From an uncultured delta proteobacterium (lineage in GTDB: Bacteria; Myxococcota_A; Polyangia; Fen-1088): a DNA stretch of 64,000 nt. The position numbers and the translations under genes are program-made. The notes under the pieces are model-generated. The model did not search any database and was not told the DNA's origin. It worked only from the letters and a program-made list of their open reading frames with translations. Where the stretch lies: positions 320,001 to 384,000 of the forward strand of contig CAVTRY010000016.1 in NCBI GenBank assembly GCA_963737265.1, written 5' to 3'. Each line of letters starts with the position of its first letter. The stretch's first letter is position 1. Of this stretch, positions 58,068 to 64,000 are shown piece after piece.

Positions 58068-60560
58068 ATGACTTCCGAGGAAGAGGGTACGAAGACTGGA
58101 TCCAACCAGGAGATCCCGGACGTTCTTCCTCTTCTGCCGGTGCGCGATTTGGTGGTTTTCCCGTACATGATCGCGCCCTTGCGCGTGTCGCGGCCCATCT
58201 CGCTCGATGCCGTGAACCAGGCGCTGGCCACCGAGCAGCGCATGTGTTTCATCGTCGCCCAGCGCGAATCGGAAGAAGAAGATCCGAAGCCGAGCTCGCT
58301 CTACCGCACCGGAACCGTCGGCATCATCATGCGCATGCGCAAGCTGTCCGACGGTGGCATCAAGATTCTGGTGCAGGGGCTGTGTCGCGCCCGCATCCAG
58401 CGCTTTCTCACCGACGTACCGAATTACAAGGTCCGTCTCGATATTCTCGAGGAAGGCCCGACCGTCGACTCGCGCGAGGTCGAGGCTCTGGTGCGCACGG
58501 TGAAGCTGAACGTGGAGCGCGTGGCGGAGCTCGGGCGCACGGTCCAGCCGGAGCTGGCCTTGGTGCTGCAAAACGTGGACGAGCCGGGCCGCATGTCGGA
58601 TTTGGTGGCGTCCAATCTGACGCTGAAACTGGCGGAAGCGCAGGCCATCCTCGAAACCGAGGACGCGGTGGCGCGTCTGACCAAGGTCAATCTGTGCCTG
58701 GAAAACGAGATCGGGATTCTGGAGGTGCAGAACCGTATCCAAAGCCGCGCCAAGGAGGAGATGTCCAAGACCCAGCGCGACTACTACTTGCGCGAGCAGT
58801 TGCGCCAGATAAGGCACGAGCTCGGCGACGACAATTCTTTCCGCGACGAGATCGACGATTTACGCCGCAAGATCGAGGCGACTGGGCTGCCCGCCGAAGC
58901 GCGGGGAGAGGCCGACAAACAATTGCACCGCCTCGAACAGATGAGCTCGGAAAGCGCGGAGGCCGCCGTGGTGCGCAGCTATCTCGACCTGGTGGTCGAG
59001 CTGCCATGGAAGGACTCGGCGGAGGCGCCCGTGGATCTGGCGACGGCGCGCAAGGTGCTCGACGAGGATCACTACGACCTCGAACACATCAAGGAACGCA
59101 TCCTCGACTACCTGGCGGTGTACAAGCTGCGCAAGGATGGCCGCGGTCCCATTTTGTGCTTCCTCGGCCCGCCCGGCGTGGGCAAGACGTCGCTTGGCCG
59201 CTCCATCGCGCGCGCCCTGGGACGCAAGTTCGTGCGGATTTCCTTGGGTGGCGTGCGCGACGAAGCGGAGATTCGCGGCCATCGTCGCACCTACGTCGGC
59301 GCGCTGCCCGGTCGCATCCTGCAGGGGTTGAAGACCGCGGGAAGCAAGAACCCAGTTTTCGTGCTCGACGAGGTCGACAAATTGGGCTCGGACTATCGCG
59401 GCGACCCATCGGCCGCACTGCTTGAAGTGCTCGATCCGGAACAAAACCACGCCTTCCGCGACCACTACCTCGGCGTGCCCTACGACCTATCGAAGGTCTT
59501 GTTCATCGCGACCGCCAATCTCGCGGACACCATCCCCGCGCCGCTGCGCGACCGCATGGAAACCCTGCGCCTGTCGGGCTACAGCGAGGAAGAAAAGCTG
59601 GCCATCGCCGAAAAATACCTTTCGCCAAAACAGATTCGCGAAGCTGGGCTGACCGACAAGGATTTGGTCGTCGGGCGGCCGGTGCTGCGCAAGGTGATCT
59701 CCGAATACACACACGAAGCCGGTCTGCGCGAGCTAGAACGACAGCTGGCTCAGCTCGCCCGCAAAATCGCGCGGCGAATCGTCGAGAAGGGCCTGGCGGC
59801 AAAGCGCGGCGGCAAGCGCAGCACTCCCCTTTCGCTCGACGATTTGGTGAAGTTCTTGGGCCCGCCCAAATACATTCCCGACGAGCGGCAACGCGCGGAC
59901 GAGGTGGGCGTGGCCAGCGGCCTGGCCTGGACCCAGGCCGGCGGAGAGGTTCTGCACGTCGAGGCGCAGATTATGGCCGGCAAAGGGACGCTCATCCTCA
60001 CCGGCCAACTTGGCGACGTCATGAAGGAGTCCGCGCAGGCCGCGCTCTCGTACGCGCGCGTGCAGGCGAACAGCCTCGGCATCGAGGGGGACTTTTTCGC
60101 CGACCGGCAGATCCACATTCACGTGCCAGCGGGCGCGGTGCCCAAGGACGGCCCATCCGCCGGAATCACGATGGCGTGTGTCTTGGTATCGCTCGCGACC
60201 GGGATCCCGATCCGCCGCGATATCGCGATGACCGGCGAGATCACGCTGCGCGGACGGGTGTTGCCCGTCGGTGGCTTGAAGGAAAAACTGCTGGCGGCCA
60301 TGCGAGCCGGCATGCACAGCGCGATTGTACCCGCGGGAAATCTGGCCGAGCTCAGCGAGATTCCGGACTACCTGCGCCAGCGCATCAAGTTGCGGCCGGT
60401 CCACACGGTCGCCGAGGCCCTTGCCATCGCACTGGCGCGCCCCTTGCCGCAGGGCAAGTGGCACGGCACGGGAGTCCACCACGCGGTGACCGGGCGCCGA
60501 AATCAGCCCCAGAGCCACACCAAGGTCGTTACCCACCATCGCAACGGTGGCGCCGCCTAG
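58068..60560 (+). CDS. lon: ATP-dependent Lon protease
   Basis: LPLLPVRD, GPPGVGKT, RRTYVGA, LDEVDK, PKDGPSAG, GGLKEK. Confidence 0.97.
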   Translation: MTSEEEGTKTGSNQEIPDVLPLLPVRDLVVFPYMIAPLRVSRPISLDAVNQALATEQRMCFIVAQRESEEEDPKPSSLYRTGTVGIIMRMRKLSDGGIKILVQGLCRARIQRFLTDVPNYKVRLDILEEGPTVDSREVEALVRTVKLNVERVAELGRTVQPELALVLQNVDEPGRMSDLVASNLTLKLAEAQAILETEDAVARLTKVNLCLENEIGILEVQNRIQSRAKEEMSKTQRDYYLREQLRQIRHELGDDNSFRDEIDDLRRKIEATGLPAEARGEADKQLHRLEQMSSESAEAAVVRSYLDLVVELPWKDSAEAPVDLATARKVLDEDHYDLEHIKERILDYLAVYKLRKDGRGPILCFLGPPGVGKTSLGRSIARALGRKFVRISLGGVRDEAEIRGHRRTYVGALPGRILQGLKTAGSKNPVFVLDEVDKLGSDYRGDPSAALLEVLDPEQNHAFRDHYLGVPYDLSKVLFIATANLADTIPAPLRDRMETLRLSGYSEEEKLAIAEKYLSPKQIREAGLTDKDLVVGRPVLRKVISEYTHEAGLRELERQLAQLARKIARRIVEKGLAAKRGGKRSTPLSLDDLVKFLGPPKYIPDERQRADEVGVASGLAWTQAGGEVLHVEAQIMAGKGTLILTGQLGDVMKESAQAALSYARVQANSLGIEGDFFADRQIHIHVPAGAVPKDGPSAGITMACVLVSLATGIPIRRDIAMTGEITLRGRVLPVGGLKEKLLAAMRAGMHSAIVPAGNLAELSEIPDYLRQRIKLRPVHTVAEALAIALARPLPQGKWHGTGVHHAVTGRRNQPQSHTKVVTHHRNGGAA

Positions 60561-60643
60561 CGCCCAGCTGTGAGTCTTTTCACCGCGCCGACAGGAGCAA
60601 CAAGCCTCTGGACCACCGTTGCGCTTGAAGGCAGGATGGCCGC

Positions 60644-61351
60644 ATGAGTACGTCGGCCCTGCACTCGGCAACGCTAATCTTGATCTCTTTCGTGTTTCTT
60701 CCTGCCTGTGGCCCTAGCATCGATGCGGCGGCCAAGCTCGACATCGACCGCCGCGTGGCTGCTCTGGTGCCGGCAGGGCAGACATTCTCCCCACCAGCGG
60801 TTGCCGCGCCCAAGCCGCTGCAGGTCGGACAGTGGACCTTGTACAAGTTCGTGAGCGAGAAAGGCGAACCGTCGCTCGTGACGTACAAACTTGTGGGCGA
60901 GGACGGCGGCGCCTATTGGGTCGAGGTCGCCGACGAGAGCTACACGGGCAAAGTGGTAACCAAGATGCTGGTGTCTTTCGGCGATCGGGCGAACCCAAGC
61001 ACGATGGAAGTGCGTTCGATCAGGGTGAAAGACAAGGACGGCAAGATCAGCGAGATCGAAGGGCCGATGATTGAGTCGATGCGAGCCCTGTGGCAAAGCT
61101 CCGCCAGTCTGCTCGCGCTATCCTGGCAGGGCCTTCCCCAGGAAAGTATGGACGTCATCGCTGGTAACTTCGCGGGTTGTTTCAAGGCTCGCACCCCAGC
61201 CGGTTGGGGGCCGCTGCATTCGGCCTCGAACGTGTGGTCGCATCCCTTGGTTCCCCTCATCGGCCTAGTCAAGAGCGCCGGGCTCGACCGTCCCACGACG
61301 ATGGAGCTCATCGGCTTCGGCGATTCGGGCGCAACCAGCGAGATCCCGTAG
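60644..61351 (+). CDS. Hypothetical lipoprotein
   Basis: Lipobox LPAC; VGQWTLY, HPLVPLIGLV. Confidence 0.7.
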   Translation: MSTSALHSATLILISFVFLPACGPSIDAAAKLDIDRRVAALVPAGQTFSPPAVAAPKPLQVGQWTLYKFVSEKGEPSLVTYKLVGEDGGAYWVEVADESYTGKVVTKMLVSFGDRANPSTMEVRSIRVKDKDGKISEIEGPMIESMRALWQSSASLLALSWQGLPQESMDVIAGNFAGCFKARTPAGWGPLHSASNVWSHPLVPLIGLVKSAGLDRPTTMELIGFGDSGATSEIP

Positions 61352-61586
61352 GGCGTGGTGAGCGGCCTTTGAATGCCGACACGACGGGTCTTGCAAGCCT
61401 CGACCTTTCGTCGGGCAGCCCGGCGTCGAACAGCTTCCGTGATTCTGGAGCGACGAAGCCTGATTTTGCGATGCGATCGTCCGCGATATCGCCCTTGGGA
61501 AAGAGGAGTGCTAAGGTATGCAAGGTTCACGCCCCGCGGGCACCGCTGAACGACAACGGCCGGGCCACGGAGTCAGAGGAGGCACC

Positions 61587-62102
61587 ATGACCATCGAAGA
61601 GGCGATCAAGACTGCGATTCAGTTTGAGAAGAAGGTCCACCAGACTTACGTCGTCGCGGCGAAGCGCGCCGAGGACGTGACCGCCAAGAAGGTGTTCACC
61701 ACTCTCGCCGATGAGGAACACGGCCACATCACCTACCTCGAAAGCCGTCTCGGCGAATGGCAAGAGGATGGATGTCTGTCGGGCGAGAAGCTGCGCACGG
61801 TCCTGCCCTCCGCGGAGCGGATCAAGGCTGGGGTAAAGCGCCTTCGTTCTCAAGTGGCGCAGCGGAAGGGAAATCACGCCGCCGAGCTAGACTCGCTGCG
61901 CCAAGCGCTCGCCGCGGAGGACGAAACGTCGACATTCTACCGCCAGATGGTGGCCGAGTTGCCCGCTGATGGGCAGGATCTCTTCTCCCGTTTTCTCGAC
62001 ATCGAAGACGGCCATGCGGCGGTGGTTCAGGCCGAGATCGACAACGTGAATCAGATGGGCTTCTGGTTCGATCTCAAGGAATTCGACTTGGAGCTAGGCT
62101 GA
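61587..62102 (+). CDS. Ferritin-like / rubrerythrin-family protein
   Basis: RBS GAGGAGG; AIQFE, LADEEHGH, AEDE, IEDGH di-iron motifs. Confidence 0.88.
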   Translation: MTIEEAIKTAIQFEKKVHQTYVVAAKRAEDVTAKKVFTTLADEEHGHITYLESRLGEWQEDGCLSGEKLRTVLPSAERIKAGVKRLRSQVAQRKGNHAAELDSLRQALAAEDETSTFYRQMVAELPADGQDLFSRFLDIEDGHAAVVQAEIDNVNQMGFWFDLKEFDLELG

Positions 62103-62235
62103 CGGTATCGAAGCGAGAGTTGGCGAGGAACGCAGTGTGACGCGGAGGCCCAGAAAGGAGATTGACGCGATCCTGGATTGGCAGCCCGCAGCCGGTTCTA
62201 TGGTGCGGGCTTCACCCGCAGGGCTCCACGCGGCC

Positions 62236-62466
62236 TCAAGACGTGTCCATAAATGGACCCGTCTTGAAGATTTTTGAAGGGAGGGCCGCTGCCCTCCCCT
62301 CGTCCGCGAAGTAAATTCGCGGACTTCACCCCACCTGCGGCCGAGCCCTTGGCTCGGCTGCTGAAGAACTGTCCAATTTTTGGACAGTTCTTCAGGCTTC
62401 AGGTTGGCTGGTCAAGAGCGGCGATTGCAATATACCTGCAACCTAACAGCCCGAAGCCTGCAGCCC
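62236..62466. repeat. Dense array of five hairpins followed by inverted heptamer arrays
   Basis: Inverted repeats at 62236-62267, 62279-62298, 62302-62324, 62340-62358 and 62361-62395 (perfect 16 bp). Confidence 0.75.
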
Positions 62467-62690
62467 CATGACGCTACAGCTTGGGCGCGGACGTAGAAGA
62501 CCAGAATCCGACGATGCCAAGTGCCCAGGTCGGAAAAGCGGTCTTGCCAGTCTGACTTCGGAGCCGCGCAAAAAAATACGTGCCCAGGATGTTTTTGCTG
62601 CTCTAGTGTGAAGAATTTCACAACCGACCCCGTGCGCTTGTGGTAAAAGGAATTGTTGGTCTCTTTTGACCAGATTCGAGGGAAGTAGCC

Positions 62691-63140
62691 ATGTCAGCAG
62701 TCTTGCAACAGTCCGATTACGCGATTCGATCCGTCCTCTTTCTCGTCGAGCACCGTGGTCAGCTCGCCACCAAGTCCGAGATCGCCAAGGCCGTCGATGC
62801 CCCTGAATTGTTTGTTGCCAAGATTCTCCAGCGTCTGGTCAAAGCGAGCGTCTTGGTTTCGGTGCGCGGAATCCACGGCGGGTTTTCGTTGGCGCGCGAG
62901 CCCTCCGCTATTTCGCTTTTGGATGTCCTCGGCGCTTCGCAGGCTTCGCTCGCCTTCAGGCCGTGCGTGCTCAATCCTCGAGCTTGTTCTTTTCAGCCCA
63001 GCTGCCCGGCTCGCCCGGTGTGGGTCAAGATTTACGAGACGACCGTCGGCGAGCTGCGCCAGGCGACCTTCGATAAGCTGTCTCGCGAACACAAGACCCG
63101 CCTGCGGGCGTGTACGCGCCGGCTGGGATCGCGCGAGTAA
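62691..63140 (+). CDS. Rrf2-family transcriptional regulator with three Cys
   Basis: DYAIR, KILQRL, SVRGIHGGFSLA, ISLLDV, C-X6-C-X5-C. Confidence 0.92.
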   Translation: MSAVLQQSDYAIRSVLFLVEHRGQLATKSEIAKAVDAPELFVAKILQRLVKASVLVSVRGIHGGFSLAREPSAISLLDVLGASQASLAFRPCVLNPRACSFQPSCPARPVWVKIYETTVGELRQATFDKLSREHKTRLRACTRRLGSRE

Positions 63141-63274
63141 CGAGCAACACGCTTTCTCGCCAGCGCGCCAATCGTTGAGACCCGCGGCCGGATCTGCCCC
63201 AAAATGATCCTCGACAAGTCTTTTTTGCGTCAGTAGCATCCTATCCAGGTACCAACTGAACCTGGAGGTGCGCG

Positions 63275-64000
63275 ATGCCGAATACTGCGGAACTAAAGAT
63301 CAACGGGAAGTCGGTCGAGTTGCCGATCGTGGTGGGAACGGAGGGGGAAAAGGCGATCGACATACGACAGCTGCGGGCGCGGACCGGCTACGTCACGCTC
63401 GACCAGGGTTTCATGAACACAGGCGCGGTGACGAGCGAAATCGCCTTTATCGATGGTGACGCCGGCATTCTCCGCTACCGCGGAATTCCCATCGAAGACT
63501 TGGCCGAGAAATCCACCTTCGTCGAAGTGTCGTATCTTCTCATTTACGGCAAACTCCCGACGTCGGAAGAGCTGGCCCGATTTTCCTCATTGTTGACCCT
63601 CAACTCGGCTTTGCACGAGGACATGCGCCACTTCTTCGACCGCTATCCCATCACGGCGCATCCGATGGCGATCCTCTCGGCGATGGTTTGTTCGCTGTCG
63701 AGCTTCTACCCCGAAGCCCTCAAGGTGAACAATGCGGCGCAAAACGAGGCGACTATCACGCACCTTCTGGCCAAGATCCGCACCATCGCCGCCTATTCTT
63801 ACAAGAAATCGGTGGGCGAGCCATTCGTGTATCCGCAGGACCACCTCAGCTACTGCGCGAATTTCCTAAACATGATGTTCTCGGTCCCGTCGCGACCGTA
63901 CGTCGATCGACGAAGATATCGTCAAGGCTCTAAACCAGATCCTTATTCTGCACGCGGACCACGAGCAAAACTGCAGCACGTCGACGGTGCGCATGGTGGG
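63275..64000 (+). CDS. gltA: Citrate synthase, cut by the window end; +1 frameshift at about 63905
   Basis: Not in the ORF track; RBS GGAGG; manual translation gives [32 protein letters not shown], then after the shift [17 protein letters not shown]. Confidence 0.93.
   Translation, partial: MPNTAELKINGKSVELPIVVGTEGEKAIDIRQLRARTGYVTLDQGFMNTGAVTSEIAFIDGDAGILRYRGIPIEDLAEKSTFVEVSYLLIYGKLPTSEELARFSSLLTLNSALHEDMRHFFDRYPITAHPMAILSAMVCSLSSFYPEALKVNNAAQNEATITHLLAKIRTIAAYSYKKSVGEPFVYPQDHLSYCANFLNMMFSVPSRPYVDRRRYRQGSKPDPYSARGPRAKLQHVDGAHGG

Noticed and set aside
62103-62690. tRNA or small CDS in the long intergenic gap
   Set aside because: No cloverleaf or T-loop motif; the short ORFs lack a clear RBS and recognisable motifs

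Overview
GC-rich bacterial DNA, most likely Myxococcota (inferred from AglRQS-like motor genes, an MXAN_5187-family gene and Gly-rich lipoproteins). About 45 protein genes; no rRNA, tRNA, CRISPR array or transposase seen. Left to right: NtrC-family activator with a complete sigma-54 promoter layout beside it; GH3 lipoprotein; two divergent ATP-grasp/alpha-E/transglutaminase operons; an AglRQS-like motor with duplicated aglR; queF; MXAN_5187-like gene; repeat-bearing lipoprotein; MntA/HepT TA pair; panB and deoxynucleoside kinase; GT-C-like membrane genes; ilvE with a MocR regulator; a hybrid NRPS-PKS cluster; a scar region with gene remnants and a second nucleotidyltransferase pair; GT2, methyltransferase and membrane genes; lon, ferritin-like, Rrf2 and gltA. 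The best candidate novel system is the split, divergently transcribed NRPS-PKS (A-T-KS-AT / ACP-aminotransferase / C-A-T / degenerate C-T-TE(Cys) / GT2), which has a probable shared docking helix and may make a glycan-decorating group. Three genes carry +1 frameshifts next to TCGA, probably base-calling artefacts. Two families of short palindromic intergenic repeats and a dense hairpin array are also present. All family calls come from motifs read by eye; no database search was run.
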